The notes under the pieces are model-generated. The model searched no databases. It saw only the letters and a list, made by a program, of their open reading frames with translations, and was not told the origin of the DNA. From Setoptus koraiensis (taxonomy: Eukaryota; Animalia; Arthropoda): a stretch of DNA of 64,000 nt. Made by a program: the position numbers and the translations under genes. Positions 25,301 through 36,588 of this stretch are shown piece by piece. Each line of letters begins with the position of its first letter. The stretch's first letter is position 1. The stretch covers positions 4,278,001 through 4,342,000 of the forward strand of contig CM106586.1 in NCBI GenBank assembly GCA_048013815.1. Reading direction: 5' to 3'.

Positions 25301-25492
25301 ATGGCCTCAAGAATTACAGTTTTTTTTACTTTGAGTTGCTTACTTATGTTAGCACTGATCATAAAGTCATTAGGTGTATCAGCTTGTAATGCAGACAAAC
25401 TGAGCTATGAAGATTGCCGGGACTGTTGCAGGGACAACTATCAATCTTTTCGTCTGGAAAGAGGTTTTTGTTTCTGTCAGGATGTTTTGTAG
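25301..25492 (+). CDS. Orphan small secreted cysteine-rich peptide, 63 aa (signal peptide plus 6-Cys mature domain), defensin/toxin-like
   Basis: Hydrophobic signal MASRITVFFTLSCLLMLALIIKSLGVSA; mature CNADKLSYEDCRDCCRDNYQSFRLERGFCFCQDVL (C-x9-C-x2-CC-x13-CxC); good ATG context (ACAATGG); AATAAA near 25660. Confidence 0.7.
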   Translation: MASRITVFFTLSCLLMLALIIKSLGVSACNADKLSYEDCRDCCRDNYQSFRLERGFCFCQDVL

Positions 25493-26330
25493 TGACGACA
25501 ACAATAACGAGTCGGCACGAGATCTTACACCGATGTAATCATTTACATCAATGGATGCTGGGCTTCACTGGTGCATAGATCACGAAAAAATGAACAAGCA
25601 AAGATTGTATGGTGCTTTCATTGAATCAGAAAAAAAGAAACAATTTTAACCAATCTCTAAATAAAGTTGTTGTGTTTTTAATCTTGGGCATTCAAGCTAT
25701 CACAATCCTGTCCAAAGTGCATACTCTGATCTTTTCCAACCTCTTTTATCTCTAACGTTCATATCGTTCAAAGCCAAAAGCTTGTCAGGCGCCAATTATA
25801 GCAGCTTTGATTTGATGTGCGTTCAAGTGAGGCATTCACATCACGAATCATATAGACTAAATTGGTAAGCTAGAGGCATTTAGCCCTAGCGCAAGACTCA
25901 CTGTTATTAGCCAGGTAAAAATGAATGCTCTACGCAAAAATATGTTACAAATAGTAACGGTGGCGTGCAGGTAGGTTGTTGAAAGGGGCTAATATTGTAT
26001 TAGTAACATCATATAACAAACGATTGAATGTTATCACTTTTATTCACAAAAATAAAACAGAGCGTCAACATTTGGAAATTTGTGTTTCGTTGGTTGGCTG
26101 TGTTGCCTGTTGAAACGCGAGTCAGGCGAGTGGTTGTAAATCAATCACAACTAAACAAATGTGTATTGAATGGTTACACGATGACGCAATAATGTAACAA
26201 TAATGAACAATCCATTTATATTCACGTATATATACGTATATGTACGTATATTCATGTATATATAGATTGTATAGTATATACAATGTATGTGTGTATATGC
26301 CTGGGCAAATTGGCACAATAGTGGTCAAAG

Positions 26331-26551
26331 TCAACAATTAGATGGCGTCAATATCTTTTTGAATGCCTTTCGAAATTCCAAATTGAAAATAGTATATATA
26401 ATTGGATTGACTAGGCTATTTATATAACCCAGCCATGTTGTTAATAGGAAGACAGTCATTCCTGGGCGGCAGTCTGTAGATTTCATCCAAATGCAAATGC
26501 CATCTAATATGTTGCACGTGAAAAAGGGCGTCCAGCACACCAAGAAGATGC
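26331..26551 (-). CDS. Dop2R: D2-like dopamine receptor, terminal exon (TM6, TM7, helix 8)
   Basis: IFLVCWTPFFTCNILD...CRPG...TWLGYINSLVNPIIYTIFNLEFRKAFKKIL...C*, with CWxP, NPxxY and a short Cys-terminated tail typical of D2 receptors. Acceptor AATAG at 26552; the phase matches the upstream exon. Confidence 0.95.
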
Positions 26552-26721
26552 CTATTATTGGGAGCATACGGTAACATATTGACACCGATATATACGTATA
26601 TATATAAATATATATGTATAATATATATGTATAATACAATTTAGAGAATAAAAGGTTAGCCAGTGATACAATGAGGGTTGTGTTGTTGTCGTTGTTGTTG
26701 CTACCATGTAACAATACTCAC

Positions 26722-29700
26722 CCAATACAATGGCCAATGTTTTGGTGGCTTTTCGTTCGCGTTTTGCTGCCGTCTTCTCACTTTTTCGTCTCTTTCTACC
26801 ATTTTTCCTTGATTTGTTTTTGCTCTTTTGTATGAGGGCCAAAGAATTAACACCTGTCCTTAATTGTGACACTGCCGTAGCTCGCTCTGGGTCATTATTT
26901 GTCGTGGGCGTGCAGGTCGCTAGTGGCCTATTGTTGTCGACGTCAAAGTTGTCAAGTTTGGCGCTTGCACGTTTGCCAGTTGCCACAGGAATATTGAATG
27001 TGTCAGTGGTGTTGTTGCTGTTGCTGTTTGCATTGTTGTTATTAACGCTATTCACACTATTGTTGTTGCTGTTGGTGTTGTTGTTGACGCTAGTCGATTC
27101 ATTGATTAACGTCAGCCGGTCCGCCAACAACAATGACGTGTCCGCGTTGCTGCTAGATGATTTACCTGGCGACACAACGAACGAGCCAACGTTCAATTGT
27201 GTCACATTGTTTGCCACATTCATGCCTGCTGCCGCTTGTTTTATGCTTGCCTCGCGAGCCATTTTGCCACCAATATCCGCGTTATTGGGCCCACTGGCGC
27301 CGCCGACAACAACAACAAACTCGTGACTAATGTGTTTGTCGAGCAGATTTTCCTTGTTGTCTTGCGTCTCGAATCTTATGCGCTGTTGCTGTTGTTGTTG
27401 CTGTTGTTGTTGTTGCTGCTGCTGTTGTTGTTTTGCCGTATGCAAATTGTTCGCGCCGGCAGACTCCTCTAAAGTAAGCAAAGTGTGCCCGTGGTAATTA
27501 TGCTCATCATTTGGTGACATTGTTATCGAGCACTGACCATTACCACTGGCTAATGGTAGCGCCGGCGACTGGATTATATTAGGGCCGCTCGATGATCGAT
27601 GACCAGTGGTCAGCGGGCGGTCGATAATAAAATCACTATTAGTCATGTTTAATTGAGTGTCGCCCGGCTCAATGAAATGATGATGATGATTCACTTCAAC
27701 ACCGTCTAAGCCACTAGAGCAATTTGCGTGTGCAGGCGAATATGACTTTTGCAAATCATGCTGCATCTCATTACCGCGAGCATCATTAGTGACATTACGC
27801 AACAATTGCTGCCCGTTGTTGTCCAATGGCTGCTGCTGCTGCTGTTTGTTGTCTTGGCACGAGATGGTGCGACTGACTTGATAGTTATAACAACAGCTCT
27901 TGGGTTGTTTGTTGAGCGATGATCTATTGCTACTGGTTGTGCGACCAGCAATGCCTCTCTGGTGCTGGCAAGACGACGAGCCGGACATACACGACGACTC
28001 GTTGGAATTTGTTGTCGTATTGGAGGTTGACGAGGCAATTGGTTTGCGCGTTATAAGCGCACTTTTGCTTGATTTCGTCGTCGGCGGCGGGTCGGTTAAC
28101 GTCACTTCCGGTTGCTGTTGCTGCTGCTCACTGGTTTGGTCTTTGGTATTTAACTCATAATTGTTGTTGTTGTTGTGCTTTTGCTTTTGCTGCTCGGCCG
28201 ATTGTTTTGCTGGCTGTTGGTCGCTAATTGCGGGCGCACGCAACGACGTTGATCTACTGGACGACACAACATGCGCCACCGTCTTGAAGACGCGCTCGCG
28301 AAAACTGCTGCTCTTTCTAGCATTACTCGACTCTTGGACACTGGCCGTCAATTGATTACATAATAATTTGTTGTTGTCCGTTTGTTTGCCGTCGTCCAAT
28401 GGGCCGCCTAGCGACCTTCTTTTGAGCGACGTTTTAAAGGGCGGGTTGCTTGCATTGGTCACTTGGGTTGTTGTTGGCGTTTTGCTCATACTTTCTGTTG
28501 CCTGCTCCGATGCCAATGAGTTGTTGTCGTCGTTGTCCGTTGATCCGGCCGACAAATCGGCCGAGTTTTGGCTGTAATGGCGTGTCGATGACACATTGTA
28601 GTTGCTGCTGCTGACCACGCGCGACAACGCCGACGAACAATTTCTATTTGACAATCTTATCGACAATCTGGTCGATCTAAACAACTTTTGCAGCGCTCGT
28701 CCGCCACCCAAAATGGGCGACGACAGCGCGCTCGCTCTGGGCGACGACTCTCGCTTGCAGCCAACAACAACATTTGCAGCAGTTGTTGTCGCCATCGTCG
28801 TCGGCTTCTGGTCGCCGGCCGGCTTGCCAGTGCCGTCGAGTGGCACGCGCGGCACAGCCACAACGTGCTGCCACGCGTTCGCCTGTGAGCTAATTAGCAT
28901 AATGGTTTTGTCTTCGCCGTCAGCCTGTTGTTGTTGTTTATTGTCCGGGCAACTGACGTTTCGGTCGCTCTGTTGTGCTCGCTGATGGCTTACGATGCAG
29001 TTGTCGCCCAGTTTTGCTGGTCGCCCAATCATTTGATGGTCTGGTTCATTAGCGAGGCGGCACCTAGATGACGCCACCGAGCCACCGGCTTGACAGTTGC
29101 AACAATGATGACATAGCGTCTGATGGTGAACTAGTGACAATTGACGCGCAATGACGCAATCATGTTGGTGTTTGTTGAGATGATTATGACTATGACATAT
29201 CATATGATGAACATGACGATGATGCTGTGCCAATGGCTGTGCTGTTGCGCAACTACCGTATTTGCGCGCAGCATTAAATTGTGCGCAATTTCCTGTTTCA
29301 CCTGTTTTGTCGTCAGATATGGAGGCGCCGTTGTCGTCGATGGGTCGTCGCAGTTGTTGTCTGTCATTTGTTTGTTGTTTGTTGCTATTAGCGGCACTTA
29401 ATCGCTTGCTTATATCACTTATTTCATCGATCACATTGGCTATAGCAGCGCTGCTGTTGTTGCCATCGATTGTTATAACGGTCTGCTCGTGTCTAATTGC
29501 TTGCTCGTTGTTCGCTCGCACAAAGCACTTCCTGTTGTCGGCTGCTGCTGCTGCCACTGCCGTTATTGCGTCATTGTTGTTGTCGTTGTTGGTGGTTGTG
29601 ACTGTCGTTGTTGTTGTTGTTGTTGTTGCTGTCGTTGTTGTTGTCGCTACATAATCGGCGCTTGCTGCATTTGGTTTGGTGGCGCTAACGATGACGACAG

Positions 29701-32700
29701 TGTCACCATCGGCGACTTTTGTAATTGTCGCTGCATCATTAGCGCCATCAGCTGATCGAGGCGCTCGCGTGTCGGCGGCTAATTGTTGTCGATTGTCGTC
29801 TGGGTGTGTGCGAACGCGTTCGCCGTTCGAACGTTCCGAATAAGGCGAACACGACGACGAAGAAGGCGACGAAGATGCCGTTGACAATATGATAACCGCA
29901 TTGAAACAATTAAACAAGCACTCGTGACAAACCAAATTGTTCCATGGGGCCATCAGCTGTTCAACGACATGCTGGTAACAACCCGTTAGCTGTTGTTGTT
30001 GTTGTTGTTGTTGTTGTTTTGCTCCTTTAGACACACAACACTCCAACTCGCGCCCATACTGCTCATACAGCTCGTGCTGCCGCCAGGCGCACACCGGCGA
30101 ACCGGAAGTGGGCCCACTCACGTCGTCAATCATCATATTTTGGTCTGTTTGTTTTGTTGTCTTTTTGTCTTTTTCAGTAACATGAGCGCCATTTGATGAG
30201 GCCAGTGTAATTGACAGAGTTGACTCAGTGTGGCCAGCGTCAGTCTGACACTCGATGTGGCCAGTTGCATTGTTGTCGCTGTCAGCGTTGCGCTGGTCAC
30301 TAGTGCCAGTTTCGTTGCTGTCTCGCTGTCTAGACAATCGACTGGCGCCATTGTGGTCAGTGTTGGAGACAGCTCCGGATGACGCAAGCCAGACGACAGG
30401 TGAATGGTGCGCTGCTTGTTGTTGTTCACCGTCTGGCGTCTCTGTCGCTGTTGTTGTCGCTGTTGTTGTCGCTGTTGTTGTTTCGCTCGAGACAAGACGC
30501 TGCTGTCTTTGCTCTTGTCTTATCTGTTGTTGTTGGCCTTGTTGTTGTTGCTGCTGCTGGCGGCCCGTCAAATTGGAATTGGGCAGCCTCGTGCTGTCGA
30601 TCGCGGCGTCATATATCGAGCTGTAATAGTCGACGGCGTAGTTGCTCCACAACCGTTTGCTTGTATCTGGCTGGATATTGTACAACTGCGCCCCATTGTT
30701 GCACAACACAAACCGTCTCTCGTCGCCGATCAAACCCGCGCCCGACACACAATAGTCTCGCTGGCCGCAATAATAGTAATCCAGTTGTTGTTGTTGCTGC
30801 TGACTCTTTTCGACAACTATCACCACCATCCAAGTGGCGCTATTATGTAACTTTGCGCAACTGCAACTGCAACAACTGCAACTGCTAATAAACTGGCCAT
30901 TATGATCGACGCCGCTCTTTGGGCGCTCGTGAGCGCCCCTCGCTCGCCCATTATGTTGGCCGGTTATCCAAGTATCAATTTGGGACCTATTACTATCTGT
31001 CGTCGCTTCGGGGGGCCCAATTTCGTTGTGGCCATTGTCGATGATTTTTCGCTTCTTTTCATCTTTCTCGCCCCCTTTTCGCGTCTCCTCTTCATCGCAC
31101 CCATTTTTGGCGGTCTCAATATTTGCACTTGTTTGATCATCGCTCCTTGCTGGCGCTATTTTCGAGCTGCAAGCCAGCCAGGCCCCGCCATTACTCAGCG
31201 CGGCAGCACCCATCGGGTCAGCGCTATCCGCCGCACACCCCATGGCGCCGCTCCGATATTTAAAGTGACCGCCAGCGGTCCCAGCCAGGGTGCCCATCGC
31301 TTCGCCAGGCTGTCCGCCAACGTGCCCGGCAACAATATCCAGCTGTCGGGCTCCATCAACGGGCCTCGTTATGGCCATCGGTTCACTCAAATGGTCGCAA
31401 GCAGTTGTCGTGGGATTTGTTGCATCACCTTTGTATGCTTGTCTGGTCGTGTGAGCCGGGTGCATTATTGGATCCGGTGTCACATAATGGCAACTGTCTC
31501 TGGCACAACAATTGTCATAGTCTCTGTTGTCTTGCTCTGTTGTCGCTTGCATTGTTGCCCCAAAATGCTGCCGCTGCTGCTCGCTTTTTATTGGACATTT
31601 TGGCGAGCTTGACTTTATCATCGCTTCACTTTTAGTTTTGTCGCTGTCGGCCGGCGGCCGGTTTGCGTTGCAGTCCGACGATAGCGACGACACCAACAAT
31701 CGCTGCTCGTGCTGCCTAAGCTGCCCGTGCCTATTTGCATAAAGCCATTGATCTTGTTCACCAGCGTCGCCAGTATTATTGTTATCACTATCACTATTAT
31801 TATTATAATGGCCACTTGCAATGATCATATTATCGTTGTCTAGACACACTAGAGACGGGCCACTGGCGCCGCTGCCCACCATTGGCGACAAACTGGCGCA
31901 ATTCGCAATGGCCTCACTGGTCAAGTTTATATTCAGCGTTGGATTGAAATCAGCGTTCAATTGGCGACAATTGCCGGCGACAATTGTTTGTTTATTGGGC
32001 CCAACTTTGTTGCTGTCGCTACTGTTGTTTTTGGGCCCCAAGCGGGCGCACGATGTTGAGTGCGCTCCATTGGCCGCCAATTCCAATTTGGCGCCACCAG
32101 ACGAGCCGCCAAGCCCGATCTGTCCAATGTTGACCGGACTGTTTGCCATTGTTGTCGCCGTTGTCGCCGTTGTGGCCGCTTCACCCAGGCCGCAGGATTC
32201 GCCATCTCGCATTGGGGCCCCGGCGCCGTCTTGGCCGGCGCCGCTCAATCTCCATATCAGTCCGACGGTGGCGCTTCCGTCCAATTTCATTGCGCTCTTG
32301 CAGCAGACGCATTTGGGGCGCCTCAAGTTGCTCTCGAGCGTCTCCTCGTGCCGCCTCGTGTGACAGGTGCACGCGCTGTGACGCGCAGAGGTCATGTCCG
32401 CCGCAGTGTGACAGCAGCGCCCGCCGCTGCTGTCAGTGCACGCGCTCGCCATGGGGGCCCCATTATTTTGCTGTTTGCATACGGCGCCTATAACACGCCT
32501 ACAAGTATCCGCTGTCAGCTGCTTTCTGTCATCATCATCTGTGTTTCTGTCACCTGTTCCATTAGCCGTTGTGTCAGCTGTTCTATTGGTCGTTGTGTCA
32601 GCTGTTCTATTGGTCGTTGTGTCAGCTGCTCTATTGGCCCTTGTGTCAACTGTTGTATTGGCCCGTGTGTCAGCTGTTCTATTGGCTGTTGTATCAGCTG

Positions 32701-33561
32701 CTGTGTCAACCGGATTAACGGTGTCACCTGTTTGTTGTGTCAAGTGGTTCGCAGTGTTCAGTTGGCAGCCACTGGCAAGCTCTTGCGGCCGATCGCGTTG
32801 ACGGCCATGACACAGGTGGTGACGAGCATGATGAAACACACGATTGGACGCTGTTGTTGTTGTCGCTGTTGTCGCCGTTGTTGTTGTCGCTGTTGTTGTC
32901 GCTGTTGTTGTTGCCAATAGACAGCAACAATGAGTGTCGCTTTGCGATCCCTGGCGGCCGTCGTCGCTTGATTGCAGCCGACTGTCAGTTGGTTGAAGTG
33001 GTTGCTTTTGGTTGTTGTTGCTCGTGCTTGCGCACTCGAACAGTTGACCAGTCACGTGACGATCAGTGTCAGTCTTTGTCACTGTGCCACAGTAACTCTG
33101 ACAACAGACGCTAGGGTAATGATTGTCACTATTATCACAGTAGAGCGGATTTTTTGTTGATAGGTGGCGCCTTGAACAGGTGAGCTGGCCAGTGGCATTG
33201 TCGGCCGTGGCGCAGTAGTACACTAGCGCCATAGACAATTTGTCCCGTTGTAATGTTGTTGCTGCTGTTGCTGCTGCTGTTGCTGCTGTTGTTGCTGCAG
33301 TTGGCCGGATTAGCTCAGGTGGAAAGCGCTGGCCGGCGCTGTCTGTGCTGTTGACCTCTGCAATCACTAATTCCGATGTGTGCGATATGGCGCCACAACG
33401 GTCGTTGTGGTGCAAGCCACTGCACAATGCAGCCGACTGGCGCTCACTGTCACCTGCTGTCGTGTCCATTATTAATGTTCCTGTTACTTTGCGGTTGTGG
33501 TTGTTGCTGTTGTTGTTCGCATTGGCGAGTTGCCCTGCACCGGACATAGCGGCACAAACAG

Positions 33562-33616
<55 letters not shown>

Positions 33617-35534
33617 GGCTGTGTCCACTGTTAATTTGATTATGAGCTCATCTATCAGAGTGGCATGAAAGCAGTTGTAGTTGCTCGACTCAGTCGGCCA
33701 GTGCAGCCGGTCGAAATTGTTTGTGTTGCGCAACGAATTGAGCAGCGGTATTGCGGTGGCCCAGGCCTGCTTTTGTTGTTGCTGCTGCTGTTGTTGTTGC
33801 TGTTGTTGCTGTTGATGCTGGCGCTTGTCGTTGTTGTTGCTGTTGTTGACCACAAACATGATGTCCGACATGGCAAGGTGCGTGCAAGCGGCATCATAGC
33901 TGGCCGAAGGCACAAGTAAGTCGTTGATAATGTGATCGATTGTGAGGTTGCCAGCTTTGTATTGAGGCTGGCCCAAAACAGGTGACAAGCCGGCCCTGGT
34001 TGGCGCGTAGTTGATCACCTGAGCGGCGGTGTCGCTGCTATCGCTGTTGTCATGACTGGCTAACTGGCTAGTAATGGCATTGTGTGCGACATTGTCCATA
34101 CAATGCGACGATTGATTGTTAATGAGACATCCATTAGCGTCCGTTAGCATGTTGTCGACATTATCATCGTGCTCGTGATCGACTGATTGAATTAATGGCG
34201 GCGCTCGCGACACAGCTCGCAACAACGACTGGCTACTGCCGTTGTTGTGGCTTCGGCACTGACCCGCATCACTGACACTTGTCGCATTGATTGATGATGT
34301 GTCCCATTTATCACTAATTTTATGCCCAAGCTCAGCCAGCTTAAGCTCGCTGGCTTGCTCGCCTCGGCAGCTCTCGCCAGCCTGACAGCCATCAATCGGC
34401 TGCGCATCAAGATGGCGCTGGTTGTTGTTGTTGTTGCTGTTGTTGTTGTTGTCGTTGTTGTTGTCGTTGTTGCTGTTGTTGGTGCTGCTGCTGGTGCGGT
34501 TGTTGTCGGTGGCGGTTGTGTGCAAGTCGGCACAACACGAGCAGTAGCAACAACTACAAGTGCAACTACAATTGCAAATGGGCGACATTGTAACCATGGA
34601 CCGGCTGCTGCATACATCACAGCTATCACTGTTAATGTAATCCATGGGCGATGACGTAATCTGGTTGTGCTGATTTGTTGCCGCTTGCTTGCCGCCGCCG
34701 CCGCCGCTTAGTGCAGCCGATGTGTCATAGGGGCGCCACTCTAATTGATATGATTGACAGTGGCCGGCGACAGGTACAAGCGACGCCACAATCTCGTCCG
34801 CTTGATCGTGTTTATTTTTGCTTGTTGTCCGGTCACCATTATAATCCAAATTGACACTGTTGGTTTCATTTGTTTGCGCTGCCGTCGTCTTATGTGGGCC
34901 TGTTAACGCTTCGCTTGACCCATTTAATGGGCCGTCTGATTGGCCTCTATGAGCGGGCTGCTGTGATTCCGTTGGCGTGGTGCTTGTCGTTGTGGTAGTG
35001 GCTGTTGCTGTTGCTGTCAAGACGGCCACTTGATTGTTGTTGTGCTGATGACCAATTGATTGATTGGTTGTCCGATGTTGGTTTTGTTGTTGTTGTTGCT
35101 GTTGAGCTGCGTTGTTGTTGGTGTTGTTGTTTGTTTGTTTGTGTGTATCGGACACTTGACCGATATTGGCCGACTGCTGATTATGATGCTGATGAGCGCT
35201 ACCTTGCGCCATCTTTGTTGTCGCTGATGTTGGCTTGGCAGCGTGACCGGCCAACGTTTTCTTGGTGCGCGATCTGATGGCCAAAAATATCTTGCAATAT
35301 AGACCGGTCATTAATATAAATGGTATGAAAAAAGACACTAGCGATGACCAAAATATAAATGTCGAGTTGTAAAAGATGCATAAATCGGGCTTCCGTTCTG
35401 CCGAAGTGTTCAGGCCGATCAATATGGGCGCCCCGGTGCACGCAGATATAAACCATACCATGCCAATTGTCAAGAAGGCACGAGTGCCATTCTTATGGGC
35501 ACTATAATAGATTGGCTTTGCCACCGCCATGTAC
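26722..35534 (-). CDS. Dop2R: D2-like dopamine receptor, giant 8813-nt exon: DRY tyrosine, TM4, TM5, ICL3 of about 2840 aa, start of TM6
   Basis: Acceptor TTTCAG|G TAC ATG (35535/35534) and donor TTG G|GTGAGT (26722/26721); 1+2937x3+1 nt with no stop. TM5 FWSSLVSFFIP carries the catechol-binding serines; the loop ends KRERKATKTLAIVLG. Confidence 0.88.
32561..32710 (-). repeat. In-frame 24-bp minisatellite, about 6 copies, encoding (A/T)NRTADTT octapeptides inside the Dop2R loop
   Basis: Unit GTTGTGTCAGCTGTTCTATTGGYC on the + strand; translation DTTANRTADTRANTTVDTRANRAADTTTNRTADTTTNRTADTTANGT. Confidence 0.9.
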
Positions 35535-35801
35535 CTGAAACGACCATAATGTAGCGGCATTAGATTTTTTACATTAGACAGGACATTTGATATCATTCGC
35601 GAGTATAATGGTTGGCTCAAATTGACCCCAAATTGGGTGATATACATTTGTGTGCGAATATTTCATGAATATATTCCACGAGTCAGTCATGGATAGGTGT
35701 GGATAGTCGTGCAGGACGGGTCAGGGAAAGTCGGTTGTGGATAGTTATGCCCATGGATAGTCATGCAGAGCGTGCTCGGTTGTGAATAGCCGGCGAATGA
35801 G

Positions 35802-35907
35802 GGTGAATAGTCGGTAGAGAGTTGGTGAATACTCGGCGAATAGTCGGTGAATACTCGGTGAATACTCGTTGAATACTCGGTGAATAGTCGGTGAATAGTT
35901 GGTGAAT
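35802..35907. repeat. 11-bp tandem repeat GGTGAATA(C/G)TC, about 8 copies, intronic
   Basis: Read directly from the sequence. Confidence 0.9.
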
Positions 35908-36356
35908 GAGGGGATCGGTGGGTGCGAGAGGCAAATATGCGTGACCTTGGATTCAAATTAAACTAGATTATCATCTCTAACAAGCGGCAAGGCAAGCTCA
36001 AGTGAGCGCCGTCTCGAACGATTCAATTGATTTAGATATACAGCCAGATATAGGTGGCTGTATAACGGTTTTAGTGAGCGATAGTGAAACAATACAAACA
36101 AAGAGGCGAGCTCGTGATCATAATAAATAATCATAAGTAATCATAAACAGACCAGCTGCTATCATGAGTCATTACGTAATTTCTGGCTAAATCTATTGCA
36201 TCATTTGAGCTGCTAGCGAAAAATTTATTTATTATGGTATAACCCGTTATTATATGACCACTGGTTATTATCCATGCTCGTAGTAGTAATAATACTGATA
36301 TCGCACACTAACTGGCGGCATGCGAAGTGCACTAGTCGAGTGGGGCAGCCCGAGTG

Positions 36357-36420
36357 AGAGTTTGAGGGATAGAGTTTGAGGGATAGAGTTTGAGGGATAG
36401 AGTTTGAGAGAGTTTGAGGG
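36357..36420. repeat. 14-bp tandem repeat (GAGTTTGAGGGATA) x4, merging into (GA)n
   Basis: Read directly from the sequence. Confidence 0.85.
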
Positions 36421-36478
36421 AGAGAGAGAGAGGAACACAAATGACCAACACTTTTATCTTTATGTTATTCATATTTAC

Positions 36479-36588
36479 CTATCTATGCTGATGGCCACCA
36501 AATTAAGTATAGAGGCGGTGGAACAGGTAACGTCGGTGGCAATATAAAAATCACATACAAAATCACTGAGATTCCATTCGTTGTTTAC
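36479..36588 (-). CDS. Dop2R: D2-like dopamine receptor, ECL1-TM3 exon (110 nt; absent from the ORF track)
   Basis: CCATTAG|GTA AAC AAC GAA TGG ... ATA GAT AG|GTAAAT translates to VNNEWNLSDFVCDFYIATDVTCSTASILNLVAISID(R). It carries the TM3 Asp and the DR of DRY; its phase-2 end matches the giant exon. Confidence 0.93.

Noticed and set aside
26552-26721. C-terminal EYCYMVATTT... of the 3030-aa ORF
   Set aside because: It is the 170-nt GT-AG intron before the TM6-7 exon.
26730-35277. Many plus-strand Leu/Val/Cys-rich ORFs
   Set aside because: They are antisense or alternative frames of CAA-type repeats in the Dop2R exon.
35535-35647. N-terminal MYITQFGV... of the 3030-aa ORF as the receptor start
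   Set aside because: This is intronic read-through: a canonical acceptor at 35535 joins the exon to the TM3 exon at 36479-36588.
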